From: Octopus sinensis
Lineage: Eukaryota
Assembly (NCBI RefSeq): GCF_006345805.1
Contig: NC_043002.1
Span: 33,914,001 to 33,978,000, forward strand
Direction of reading: 5' to 3'
Length of the DNA: 64,000 nt
Under the pieces are notes generated by a model. That model searched no databases and was not told the origin of the DNA. It saw only the letters and a program-made list of their open reading frames with translations. Position 1 is the first letter of the stretch; every line of letters starts with the position of its first letter. The position numbers and the translations under genes are program-made. This document shows, piece by piece, positions 13,400 through 25,640 of this stretch.

Positions 13400-14170
13400 A
13401 AAAAAGAAGTTTGAAAACCCCACTATATAAGATAAATTTTAATTTTCTTAGAAATTTTACATGTTTCGGTTCTTCTTGAAAAAACGAACCTTATCAAAAA
13501 TATTTTAAAAAGTGTAATAAAAAAGTTCATAATTGTTTCTTACTGGTCTCAACAGAATCCACGTCGTGATTTTTTGTGGGGAGTGAGCAGAAAATAGAAA
13601 CTACACGTCGGAGAGCTACGGGGAAAGTAAGAAGAAAAAAACGAAAATGCACATTGGATACGAAAAAATAAACTGTTTTTATGAAAACTAACGATAAATA
13701 TATACAATTAGATGAACTGCGGTAAAATTAAGAGGAATATAAGTCATACCGGTTTCGTCAGTTACTGTTCACTGGCTTTGAATGCACACCGATTATCAAA
13801 CAGTGTTGGGTCTACTAGTCCCTAAATAAAAAGATTATGTGTAAGGGAGATAAGTAGTTCTGGATCAATGAATTCCACCCGCAACTTAACATGAACACAT
13901 AGCCTAATACAGAACACTACTAACCTTACCAATAATACCACTAATTCCCATACATCCCATACACCATTCTTATTACAGTATCATACCTACCCTAACTGCA
14001 CCACAACCAGAACTACTTACCTCCCTCACACATAATCTTTTTACTCAGGGACAACTAGACCCAATACCGTTTGATAATCGGTGTATATTCAAACCTAGTG
14101 AACAGTAATTGACGAAACCGGTATGACTTTGAATACCTTTAACAATTCATGACTTTTATTCCTTTTAATT
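13400..14170. repeat. PLE pseudo-LTR-like region with an 83-bp inverted repeat (13741-13823 / 14047-14129)
   Basis: AAGTCATACCGGTTTCGTCAG...GTCCCT is the reverse complement of AGGGAC...TGACGAAACCGGTATGACTT with roughly 85% identity. An HHR motif lies nearby. Confidence 0.7.
13454..13501 (-). ncRNA. Minimal type I hammerhead motif, U3-A8 core variant
   Basis: Minus strand: AUUU UUGAUAA GGUUC [13 nt] GAACC GAA ACAUGU A AAAU. Stem I is 4 bp, stem II is 5 bp and stem III is palindromic. Confidence 0.8.
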
Positions 14171-14256
14171 CTATCCCAGTTCATCTCATTGTATATATTT
14201 ATCGTTACTTTTCCTTCTTACTTTCCCCACATATATATATGTGCGTGTGTGTGTGT

Positions 14257-14306
<50 letters not shown>

Positions 14307-14589
14307 ATGTATACATTTGTATATATATTCATTTACATTCTTATGTCTATTGATAAGGTTGCAAAAGCAACATATATTTTGGGGGAAAGGAAAAATTATA
14401 AGTAATAAATGAATGGAAATTGAACCGGTGAGTGTGTTAGATATTAAGTATGACTTGCTTCAGACACAACAAAATTTGTTTCAACACACAAATTCATATA
14501 AAGAACCTTGCAAACCAGATAAAAAACGAAGTATGTGTATATATTCATTTATATTTAGATGTATATATTTATATATTTTTATTTGTATG

Positions 14590-14796
14590 GATTTTTCTTT
14601 TATTCTCTTACTTGTTTCGGTTATTTGACCGCAGCAATGCTGGAGCACCGACTTGAAGGGTTTTTAGTCGAAGAAATCGACCACAGGACTTATTCTCTGT
14701 GAGCCTAGTACTTATTTTATTGGTGTATTTTGTCAAACCGCTAAGTTACGGGGAAACACCAGCATTGGTTGTCAAGTGATGGTGGACGGCAAACAC

Positions 14797-14810
<14 letters not shown>
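14590..14810 (-). mobile_element. SINE family A, 3' half
   Basis: Reverse complement of the family A tail and the GACAACC..TGGTG..CCCCGTAACTTAGCGG segment. Confidence 0.8.
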
Positions 14811-14861
<51 letters not shown>

Positions 14862-14879
14862 TATATATATATATATATG

Positions 14880-15320
14880 AAAAAACAAGTCAAAAATAGA
14901 AAATGCTAAAATAATTTATAGTGAACATTTCAGTACCGGTTTCGGTCATTTGAGACCTTTTCAACTGTAACGATTAATAATTAAATTTAGAAAAATTAGA
15001 AGAAAAGTTTTTTTTAAAAGAATATTTCTATAGTAGTGTTCAGATTTAAGTGGCATTCTGCCTTTCTCTGACTCCCTTGTTTGCACTTGTGTGTCGGAGG
15101 TCGTTGTGAGTTCTTGAAGGGTAGTAGAGGAAGAAGGCTGGTGGGGAAAGGGGGATGGGAGAATCTGGGAGTGCCCTGATGGTCGTATTTTGAATGGTCA
15201 GTGGCGGCTGGCAGTCTCAGTTCAATTCAGAGAATATTTATATTGACAGGCTTGTTTATAGAATTAGCGTAGGTGTTATACTAAAAAGCATTAGTGACAA
15301 GTTAAGGTGGGGGTGGAGAA
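14880..15320 (-). mobile_element. PLE 3' end and pseudo-LTR remnant
   Basis: The minus strand gives CH*CFL...YKYSLN*TETASRH, resembling the C..C..E...LN.R.E....H tail of GIY-YIG PLEs, followed by an HHR-bearing repeat that also occurs at 17550 and 38835. Confidence 0.6.
14931..14967 (-). ncRNA. Minimal type I hammerhead motif, U3-A8 core variant
   Basis: Minus strand: CAG UUGAAAA GGUC UCAAAU GACC GAA ACCGGU A CUG. Confidence 0.8.
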
Positions 15321-15329
15321 GTAGAAGAA

Positions 15330-15555
15330 GAAGAAAAGAAGAAGAAGGAGAAGGAGAAGATGACGATGATGGTGGTGGTGGTGATGATTATGACGACGAT
15401 GATGATGATAATGATGATGATGAGAAGAAGAAGAAGAAGAAGGAGGAGAAGGAGAAGATGGTGGTGATGATGGTGGTGATGATGATGACGACGATGATGA
15501 TGATAATGATGATGATGAAGAAGAAGAGGAAGAAGAAGAAGAAGAAAAAAACAGA
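15330..15555. repeat. Compound (GAA)n/(GAT)n/(GGT)n microsatellite
   Basis: Seen directly. It explains ORF 15194-15580. Confidence 0.9.
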
Positions 15556-15904
15556 GAAGGGGGAATATGAATGGGTGTAAGTATAGCTATGAAGGGGCTG
15601 ATTAGTAATGGATTCTATGGAGTGTAATATTTGTGTGTGTATATATATTTTTCTTTTATTCTAAAGTTGAGGTATATTAATTGCTTGTCGTAGACCCGTT
15701 TAGAAGTGGCTTGTATTTTGTAATAAAGACTAATACATATATGTATACTAACACACACAAATATATATGCTAATATATATGTGTGTATGTGTGTTTCTGT
15801 GTACATGAGTACACACACTGATTTGGTGAGAGTAAAATAAGCTCAATATAGATAAGACTGAGTAATGCTCAAATGAATGTTAACTTAAATTCCGACTGAC
15901 GAAG

Positions 15905-16030
15905 CTTCTTTCAGTTTCTGCCTACCAAATTCATTCACAAGGTCGGTCTGAGGCTCTAGTATATGACACTTGCCAAAGGTGCCACGCAGTAGAACAGAAA
16001 CCGTATCTATGTGGTTGGGAAGCAGCCACA
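15905..16030 (-). mobile_element. SINE family A, 5' half
   Basis: CTTCTTTCAGTTTCTGCCTACCAAAT...GCCACACAACC is the reverse complement of the family A head. Confidence 0.75.
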
Positions 16031-16069
16031 CACCACACGCACATACAACACACACGTATTTATGACTAC

Positions 16070-16130
<61 letters not shown>

Positions 16131-16190
16131 ATATATATATATATATACACATATACACGTATGTGTGTATGTGTGTGTATATATATATAT

Positions 16191-16241
<51 letters not shown>

Positions 16242-16296
16242 GAAATATATATGTATAAAGGGAAAGACAGACAGACAGACATCGATGGAGAGATAA

Positions 16297-16356
<60 letters not shown>

Positions 16357-17495
16357 GTAGGTAGGTAGGTAGGTATGTATGTATGTATGTATGTATGTAG
16401 GTAGGTAGGTTTGTATTTGCTAATTTGAAGACCACACATTTATTGATTGATGGTTACAGAAATATTTACGCAAACATCCACACACACTCACACACACACA
16501 TATATACACATACAAACCTTTCGCTTAAAAAAAATAGCAGCCAAATTTTCCTTAAATCACGTCCTACCGACTTAAAATGTTAGATAATGTTGTCGTGTGT
16601 TCCTTCCACATAGGAAAAAGGCATGATGGTCAAGGCTGGAATACCTTTAATCGTATGTCCGTTTTGCTCGATCACGGTTTACTTAGGGTTAAACAATAAC
16701 AAACAGAGCAACAACATTTACAGATATACACAGCCACTGAGATCCAACGTCCAAAAAATATATATCAGACACGCCCCCTCTCCATTGACACACCTACTAA
16801 CACCATCAACTCCTCCCATGAGCTTCTTAACGTAGCTTTTTTCATAGATTCTTTTTTCCTCTGTCTCATTCTAATCGCTCTTCTTCTCCTCTCACTTTTA
16901 CTCATTCAACCTTTCAATTTATTTAATTTACTCTTTAATCAGTCTGCTCCTCACTTTCATTTTTTTACTCCTACTCCCTTACTATGTTACTCTAGATTTC
17001 TCACCACTCTTCCTCTTTCACTATTTCATATTCCTTTACCAAAATTTCAGTTTTTACTTCCATCACTTCTCCTCCTCTCTCCCTCTCTATCACTGTCTGT
17101 CTTTTTGTTTGTCTATATCTCATTCTTTCTCTGTCTTTCTCTCTCCTCACATTCTTCCTGTATCCACCCCTCACGTCAAACTTCCGACTCTCAGCACACT
17201 TTCACATTCTCTTCTCTTTCTCCTTCAACGCTCTTATTCTTCTCTCTCTCTCTCTCTCTCTCTCTCCCTGCTTTTCAGTATAAATCTCCCCACTCCATCG
17301 TTCTCTCTCAATCTCTCCTACCTTTCTCTATCTCTATCTCTACCTCTGTCTCTCTCTCTTCATTCTTTCCCTAAATATTCACACTAAAGCCCCCCTTAAT
17401 TTTTACGGCGTCTTCTCAATCTCGTTTCAGAGGTCGTTATCCATCACCGTCATGTCCCAATTTCCAACACCCAACACCATTTCATTCATTCATTA

Positions 17496-17531
<36 letters not shown>

Positions 17532-17549
17532 ATAATATATATATATATG

Positions 17550-17768
17550 AAAAAACAAGTCCAAATAGAAAATGCTAAAATAATTTTATAAGAACATTTC
17601 AGTACCGGTTTCGGTCATTTTGAGACCTTTTCAACTGTAACGATTAAATAATTAAATTTAGAAAAATTAAAGAAAAGTTTTTTTAAAGGAATTTGTATAG
17701 TGTTCAAATATAAGTGGCATTCTGCCTTTCTCTGTCTCCCTGGTTTGCACTTGTGTGTTCGAGGCCGT

Positions 17769-17770
<2 letters not shown>
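17550..17770 (-). repeat. Second copy of the 14880 pseudo-LTR repeat
   Basis: AAAAACAAGTC.AAATAGAAAATGCTAAAATAATT...GTGGCATTCTGCCTTTCTCTG is nearly identical to 14880-15100. Confidence 0.85.
17600..17637 (-). ncRNA. Minimal type I hammerhead motif, U3-A8 core variant
   Basis: Minus strand: CAG UUGAAAA GGUC UCAAAAU GACC GAA ACCGGU A CUG. Confidence 0.8.
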
Positions 17771-17810
<40 letters not shown>

Positions 17811-17886
17811 ATATATATATATTATATTATGTAATATTCTATCATGGCCGCAGTCAAATGACTGAAACATGTAAAAGAATATATTA

Positions 17887-17937
<51 letters not shown>

Positions 17938-17948
17938 GTATTAAGAAC

Positions 17949-17979
<31 letters not shown>

Positions 17980-18249
17980 TGTATGTATGTATGTATGTAT
18001 ATAATTACTTTTGGAATGTTGGATCTAGGTGATAAAGCTACAAATTATAGTGTGTAAACATTGGTTTAAAAAGAGACTTATTCTAAAGATTTTAAGCCCC
18101 AGATTTACTCGGTATTATTTGTACCTTTATCTGCTTCGAGATCCATCGTCTCAAACAGAATAATTTTTCTCAAGAAGTTTCTAAATTCTAACGTCAACAA
18201 TATATAGATACATACATATATACATAAATACACACACGCGCGGTTTAAA

Positions 18250-18324
18250 ATTACAGCTGTTTCGGTATACTTATATGTATGTCATCATGGATTACATCAT
18301 AGCATAAGTCCACCTTCCTCAGAT
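18250..18324 (-). ncRNA. Hammerhead-like motif with extended stem II and weak stem I
   Basis: Minus strand: AU CUGAGGA A GGU..ACUUAU...AUAAGU..ACC GAA ACAGCUGU A AU. Confidence 0.6.
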
Positions 18325-18389
18325 AAAATTTTGAAGAGGTATAAAGAGGTAAACTAAAACTTTGATGATGACCTATCCAACAAACAATA

Positions 18390-18764
18390 TCTTTATATAT
18401 AAAAGAGAGGTTGTGTGTCTGTCTCCTACGATTTAGATTCCTAACTACTCCCACATTTTGCGGTGCAGTTTAACCAAAACCGGGTATCTTATAGTCGTGA
18501 TTCATATCGAACCCTTCTACGATGAGTCTACGATTTAAAAAAAAAATCACCATTTTTTTCCATGTTAATGCATTTTTTCGCTATTATATAAGGGAAGTAA
18601 CTCTCTGAAAATGTCTACGATGAGTCAACAATTTAAAAAAAAATTTATCATTTTTTTTTCCATTTTTAATGCACTTTTTTGCTATTTTTTGGCTATAACT
18701 CTCTAAAAATGCTTATATAGTTATTTCCCTTACAAACCCGAGCAACGCCGGGCGATACTGCTAG
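18390..18764 (+). mobile_element. Non-autonomous Helitron-like element
   Basis: Starts A^TCTTTATATATAAAAG and ends with hairpin CCCGAGCAACGCCGGG then CTAG^T. It has an internal ~85-bp tandem duplication and no TSD. Confidence 0.75.
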
Positions 18765-19430
18765 TTTTGAATAAATGATATTTTAAAAAGAACATTCGAA
18801 TTTATACAGAATTCTGAAGAATAACGGGCATTGCAAGGAGCAAAAAAAGTCAAAATAACACTATTATTTCAAACTCTTATCCCTATTAGCTTATAACCAT
18901 AACTTGCAGTGAAAGAGTGTAAGGGAACAGAGAGGGCTGTAACCAAGACATTCCAATAGGGTAATGGTTCCCAACCGATTTTTGGCCATGTCCCACTGAA
19001 TCATTTCTAAAATTCTGATGCCCCCTTGTGATATCAAATTTTTGCTATTCAAAATTTTACTACTATTCACTTGGAGGAAGCTTAAAAGGCTATTAACTTG
19101 GTCTCTAAACAAGCTTCTAAAGAGCATGGCATTCATGAAAGAGAAAAATTAAAAAAACGGAAGGAGAGTTAGATAAATAAAGCTTCAAAAACATTGTTTT
19201 GGTAGACACCCCCGAGTCAGAGAAGTGGGTTGTTTCACTACAGATAAATAGTTGACTGATATAACGAGTCGGTGGACTGATATAACGAGTTCGGCCAGTC
19301 ACGCAGTCCAGACCAATCGGACCGATGATGAAGTATGTCGTCATAATACCACACAGAACAGTGTCAAGCAAACATATAATAGAGAACTGAAATGCAGAAA
19401 TATAAGATATTTGAATATAAAATAAGTAAT

Positions 19431-19605
19431 AGGCGCAGGAGTGGCTGTGTGGTAAGTAGCTTGCTTACCAACCACATGGTTCCGTGTTCATTCCCACTGC
19501 GTGGCACCTTGGGCAAGTGTCTTCTACTTACTATAGCCTCGGGCCGACCAAAGCCTTTGAGTGGATTTGGTAGACGGAAACTGAAAGAAGCCCGTCGTAT
19601 ATATG

Positions 19606-19663
<58 letters not shown>

Positions 19664-19870
19664 TGTGTCTGTGTTTGTCTCCCCAACATCGCTTGACAAC
19701 CGATGGTGGTGTGTTTGCGTCACCGTAACTTAGCAGTTCGGCAAAAGAGACCGATATGATAAGTACTAGGCTTACAAAGAATAAGTCCTGGGGTCGATTT
19801 GCTCGACTAAAGGCGGTACTACAGCAATGCTGCAGTCAAATGACTGAAACAAGTAAAAGAATAAAAGAGA
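19431..19870 (+). mobile_element. SINE family A, full length
   Basis: Complete head, body and AAAAGAATAAAAGA tail. Confidence 0.9.
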
Positions 19871-19887
19871 AAGAGAGTAAACTAAAG

Positions 19888-20349
19888 TTAGTGAGATGCT
19901 TGTGCTTCATGCCTGCTACAGAGAGATTTTATATTAGGCACCAATTTAGTCAGCTTTAGTTTCAAGTCTCCCCGTTTTGTGATGTCCAGTTGATATCTTT
20001 TCTTCAGTAACAAATCATTTACAGCACTAAAGCTACGTTCAGCTAAATATGAAGATGGGAATGGTAACAACAATTCTCTTGCAAAGTTGGTTGAATTTGG
20101 GTATTTGGTTTTTGTCTCATCACAAAACCATGACATCACACCTTTTATATTGAATAAAGTTTTAACTGGCTCATCATTTTGCATTTCCGAGAGTTCTTTT
20201 TGATACTGTATCGAAACATCAGATATATCCACTAGCATTGGCTGCATCACCCACGTTGGAAAATTAACTTGTTTTAAATCAGAAAATCTTTCTTTCAAAT
20301 CAGAGGCCAATATCTTCATATGATCCACAATGACAGTCAGTTGAGACAA
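19888..20349 (-). pseudogene. hAT (Buster/Charlie, SCAND3/ZBED-like) transposase C-terminal fragment
   Basis: LLPFPSSYLAERSFSAV..LLKKRYQLDITKRGDLKLKLTKLVPNIKSLCSRHEAQASH matches the hAT dimerisation-domain pattern. Confidence 0.85.
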
Positions 20350-20500
20350 AGGATGCAGACCTTAGAACTGCAAAAGGACATACAATTGGTATCATCATTT
20401 CACGCTTGTATCCACCCACACGCATATAGACATACACACCCATACATACTTATACATAAGATTACATATACACACATACACACACAGACGCGTACACTCG

Positions 20501-20786
20501 CGTAAGCGTGGCTATCTGGCAAGAAACTTGCTTCTAACCACATGGCCCTGGGTTCAGTCCCCCTGCGCGGCTTCTTGGGTAGGTGTCTTCTATTATAGCC
20601 TTGGGGTGACCAAAGCTTTGTAGGCGGATTTGGCTTCTTTCAGTTTCTGTCTACCAAATCCACTCACAAGGCTTTGGTCGGCCCGAATCTATAGTAGAAG
20701 ACACTTTGCCCAAGGTACCACGCAGTGGGACTGAACTCCAAACCGTGTGGTTGGTAAGCAGACTTCTTACTACACATCCTGCGCCT
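20501..20786. repeat. Two SINE-A 5' halves fused in inverted orientation
   Basis: A plus-strand head at 20501-20632 directly abuts a minus-strand head at 20633-20786. Confidence 0.8.
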
Positions 20787-20950
20787 TATGTATGTGTATG
20801 TATGTATGTATGTATGTATGTATGTATGTATGTATGTATGTTTGTATGTATGTATGTATGTATATATATATATATATATAATGTGACCGCGTGTGTACCG
20901 TTGGCGATTTTTTTTCCTCTGTCTTCCCTTCTCTGGATCTTTCTTCTTTA

Positions 20951-20987
20951 GTTTCCGACGAAGAGAGCTCCGCTCGAAACGTTGAAC
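20951..20987 (+). ncRNA. Minimal hammerhead motif, CCGACGAA core
   Basis: GUUU CCGACGAA GAG AGCUCCG CUC GAA ACGU U GAAC, inside a pseudo-LTR-like repeat (20860-21090) that recurs at 40330-40545. Confidence 0.65.
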
Positions 20988-21164
20988 CCACCTCTTCCTT
21001 CTTTCCTGAGCGTCCATATAACACTATATTTGTTCCACGTCCTCGCGTGTTGTTGTTTTTTGTGCTTTCTTGTTTTTTGTGCTTTCTTGCATAGCAGCAA
21101 AAAATCTATCTGCTGATTGTCTATCTGTAGACAAAACGACCTCTCACATGCCTGCCTCCCTGCT

Positions 21165-21428
21165 TATCTATTTTTTTATTTGTTTCAGTCATTTGACTGC
21201 AGCCATGTTGTAGCATCGCTTTTATTTGAACAAATCGACCCCAGGACTTATTCTCTATAAGCCTAGTACTTATTCTTTCGATTTCGTATGCCGAACCGCT
21301 ATGGTACGGGGACGTAAACAAACCAGCATCGGTTGTCAAGCAATGCTAGGGGGACAAACACAGACACACAAACATATCTATCTATCTATCTCTCGATCTA
21401 TCTATCTATCTATCTATCTATCTATATC

Positions 21429-21527
<99 letters not shown>

Positions 21528-21690
21528 ATATATATACATATAATGACGGGCTTCTTTCAGCTTCCGTCTACCAACTCTACTCACAAGCTTTGATCGGCCT
21601 GAGGCTATAGTAGAAGCCACGCAGTGGGACTGAACCTGGAACCATATGGTTGGTAAGCAAGCTACTTTACCACACAGCCACTCCTATGCA
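21165..21690 (-). mobile_element. SINE family A with internal (TCTA)n expansion
   Basis: Reverse-complement head and tail with an expanded internal microsatellite. Confidence 0.85.
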
Positions 21691-21948
21691 TAACATGCAC
21701 ACATATATATATATATGCACGCGCGTGTGTGTTATATGAGTATAACTATGTCATAACCTGGTTTGATACCTGTTTTACTGTCTGTCAAGGCTTTTTGTTG
21801 CTATAAACATATCAGGTTCACCGGTAAAATGCATTTAACCTGCCTTCATTTAGGCAGCTATCACATCTCAGCACTTAAAGCTGAAGCTTGGACACGAATT
21901 CGATCTCACCACTAATTGTACCTACCTGTTAACCTACGTCATCGTATT

Positions 21949-21982
<34 letters not shown>

Positions 21983-22456
21983 CTATATATAATATGGTGT
22001 GTGTGTGTGTGTCTGTGTGTCTGTGTGTGTATGGACGTATATATGTGTGTGTGTTGTGTATATGCATGCTCACATACACATACACGTATACAAACATGCC
22101 TACCTACCTACCTACCTACCTACCTACCCACATACTTACATACATACTTACTTATATACATACACACATACCTACGTACAAGCACACTTATGTACATAAT
22201 ATTAGTCTCTATTCATCTTTATGTTTATGCGCTTATTTCCATGTACGTTTGAGTTGTATTTATTAAGTGTCTGGTGAATGAAACAGCATTTAAAATTATG
22301 CTTTTAAGCCTATCCTACTTAATGAACACCTGTTGCAGACACAGACAAAACACACACATACACAAACACTCATTTATTGACAAACACGAAAATTTTCCTT
22401 TGATTTGATATTTGTTGTATAAAGGCTCCACTTTTATCCTTTATAATGTGACTAAT

Positions 22457-23318
22457 GGTGGCGAGCTGGCAGAAACGTTAGCATGCCGGGCGAAATACTT
22501 AGCGGTATTTCGTCTGCCGTTACGTTCTGAGTTCGAAATTCCGCCGAGGTGACTTTGCCTTTCATCCTTTCGGGGGCGATAATTGTACAGTCACGCACGG
22601 GGTTGATGTAATCGACTTAATCCGTTTGTCTGTCCTGTTGTCCTCTCTGTGTGTAGCCACTGGTGGGTAGTAAGAAATAGGTATTTCGTCTGCCGTTACG
22701 TTCTGAGTTCGAAATTCCGCCGAGGTTGACTTTGCCTTTCATCCTTTCGGGGTCGATAAATTAAGTACCAGTCACGCACTGGGGTTGATGTAATCGACTT
22801 AATCCTTTTGTCTGTCCTTGTTTGTCCTCTCTGTGGTAGCCACTGGTGGGTAGTAAAGAAATAGGTATTCGTCTGCCGTTACGTTCTGAGTTCGAAATTC
22901 CGCCGAGGTTGACTTTGCCTTTCATCCTTTCGGGGTCGATAAATTAAGTACCAGTCACGCACTGGGGTTGATGTAATCGACTTAATCCGTTTGTCTGTCC
23001 TTGTTTGTCCTCTCTGTGTGTAGCCACTTGTGGGTAGTAAAGAAATAGGTATTTCGTCTGCCGTTACGTTCTGAGTTCGAAATTCCGCCGAGGTTGACTT
23101 TGCTTTTCATCCTTTCGGGGTCGATAAATTAAGTACCAGTCACGCACTGGGGTCGATGTAATCGACTTAATCCGTTTGTCTGTCTTTGTTTGTCCTCTCT
23201 GTGTGTAGCCCCTTGTGGGTAGTAAAGAAATAGGTATTTCGTCTGCCGCTACGTTCTGAGTTCAAATTCCGCCGAGGTCGACTTTGCCTTTCATCTTTGT
23301 GGGCAGTAAAGAAATAGG
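22457..23318 (+). mobile_element. SINE family B concatemer (~4.5 units of ~180 bp) with a single 12-bp TSD
   Basis: One 5' head is followed by units restarting at GGTATTTCGTCTGCCG (~22503, 22680, 22863, 23047, 23231). AATGTGACTAAT lies at 22445-22456 and 23319-23330. Confidence 0.9.
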
Positions 23319-24439
23319 AATGTGACTAATTTAGTTATCTTCATGTGGAAGGAATAATGATGCTAAAGGCGATGACCATAATGATGATCGTGTTGATGGC
23401 TATTGTGGGGCCATGGTGGCTCTGGCGGGAAAGGTGATAGCGGTCGCAGCGGTAGTGGTGACGGTTATTTTGCTGAAATGTATGCCACAATAGCAAACAT
23501 TTATCTACGTATCATAGGTCTTCTCGACCAGGACTGACTTGGGTAGAGACAACAATAAATTTATACCACAATATTTTCCTCTCAGCCATTTCTGCTTTGT
23601 GTAGTATCCTTCCTCTCCCAACAAGAAAGCCACCAACGTACTATAACAACCAAAGCACTGAGATAAAATATTCAGAGAATCCACCAGCATGAAATTCAGT
23701 AGTTACGTTAGTGCTAAAGTATAACGTTTATATGCAAGTTGGCAGAATCAATAGAGCATTGGATAGAGTGCCATGTGATTTATTTTGCGACTCTAAGCAC
23801 TCTGAGTTCAAATCCCACTAAGGTCAAAATTTTGATTTTAAAAAATGTATAAATCCAGAGCAATGAATCGGCGGAACTGTAAGAGGGATGACTATGATAC
23901 CTTGCAGCATTCGTTCTAATCCTTTGCGATCGCACAGCGACGCCTCCAATGCGTCTGGTGCAGAGCTGTATTGGCCCTAAAGCAGCGGTTTTTTCCTTGG
24001 ATAAATATCGATGACATAGAGAGGGGGGACTTGTAAGTACAAATTCGTAATTAAGCAAAAACAAATGTGCATTCTCTTCATCAGCTGCCAAATGAATATC
24101 ACTATGGCTTTGACATCTGGACAGTATCATTTAACTCGGCGGTGTCAGCTGCGTTAAAAGCATATATGCAGTTTATTACTACAAGTAACAATATCAAAAT
24201 AAGCAAATAGTACTTAGTTACAAAATAGTACTTCTATAAGAAAGAATTTATTCCAAAAGGGACATTCAGATACTATAACGAACTTAGACTACTAAATACT
24301 TTGTTTCTCAATCTACATCACATCAGAAACATAACACACACAACAAGCCGAATGAAATTAGTGGAACAGTATATTTTTTAAAAAAAAGGCCAATAATGTA
24401 CAAGGAAAAGGACATTCATACATGAATGCATCTATATAT

Positions 24440-24489
<50 letters not shown>

Positions 24490-24531
24490 ATACACACACA
24501 TATATATATATATATATAATATACATACACA

Positions 24532-24574
<43 letters not shown>

Positions 24575-24600
24575 CATACGCGCGCACACACACACACATA

Positions 24601-25524
24601 TATTTTGGGTTATCCCATAAATAATACGATTTTTTCAATTGCATGAACTGAAAGTCAGAGGGGGATGGGATAAACTATCTGCATCAACTTACTATAAAAG
24701 CAGGTACTAATTTGAACCTTTTCTTATTCTTAGTACAAGTTTTGAAGAGTGCAGTTCGATCTTACAGTTATTTTTTTCAAAGCTATAATGGAAGTGACAA
24801 AGGAGTATATTCGACATATTTTGCTTTATGAGTTCAATAACGGCAACAACACAATGGAAAGTACGAGTAATATTAATGCAGTATATGGAGATTGGACAAT
24901 AAGCGTAATCCACTGTCAACGATGGTTCTAGAAATTCCGAGCCGGAAATTACAACCTTGAAGAAAAGCCTCGTCCTGGAAGATCTGTAGAGATCGACGAG
25001 GACCTCCTGCAAATCCTGGTGGAACAAAATCCCATCGTAACTGTTGAGAAACTAGCCGAGAAGCTTGAATTTGGTCATTCAACCAGTCATTCAAGTCAGC
25101 GCTAGAAGAAAAAACGACTATCTTTGGTTTCAAGATGAAAGGCATTTTTCTATCAGGATAATCTTGGCGACATACAAGGGGAATGGCATTACAATGCTGG
25201 AGCAGTTTGAATGGGAAATGATGCCTCACCCACCATATTCGCCGGACATTGCCCCATCTGATTATCATTTATTCCGCAGTCTTAAAAATAATTTGGATGG
25301 AAAAAAATATTCTGTAGACGAGGTTAGAACAGTACTGGAAGAATATTTTTCGTCATGAACAAGTGAATTTTGGAAGAGGGGCCTTACAAGTCTACTAGAT
25401 AGATGGATGAACACTGTAGAAAATGAAAGGGAGTATATTTTAGATAATAAAAGGACTTTGTTTATTTTAATTTTTAAAAATAAAAGAAGTATAAAAACCG
25501 CATTATTTATTGGATGACCCAATA
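24601..25524 (+). mobile_element. Mariner element with internal deletion
   Basis: TIRs TATTTTGGGTTATCCCATAAATAATACG / CGCATTATTTATTGGATGACCCAATA. ORF pieces EYIRHILLYEF and PHPPYSPDIAPSDYHLFRSLKNNLDGKKY. Confidence 0.9.
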
Positions 25525-25555
25525 CACGCACATGTACATACACACACACACACAC

Positions 25556-25621
<66 letters not shown>

Positions 25622-25640
25622 TAATAATAATAATAATAAC

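Noticed and set aside
22457-23318. CRISPR-like array
   Set aside because: The units are ~180-bp SINE copies with no unique spacers, in a eukaryotic context with no cas genes.
23780-24130. 116-aa ORF in semi-unique DNA (similarly 36812-37048 and 42868-43128)
   Set aside because: No recognisable domain, the ends run into SINE relics and no consistent exon chain could be built.
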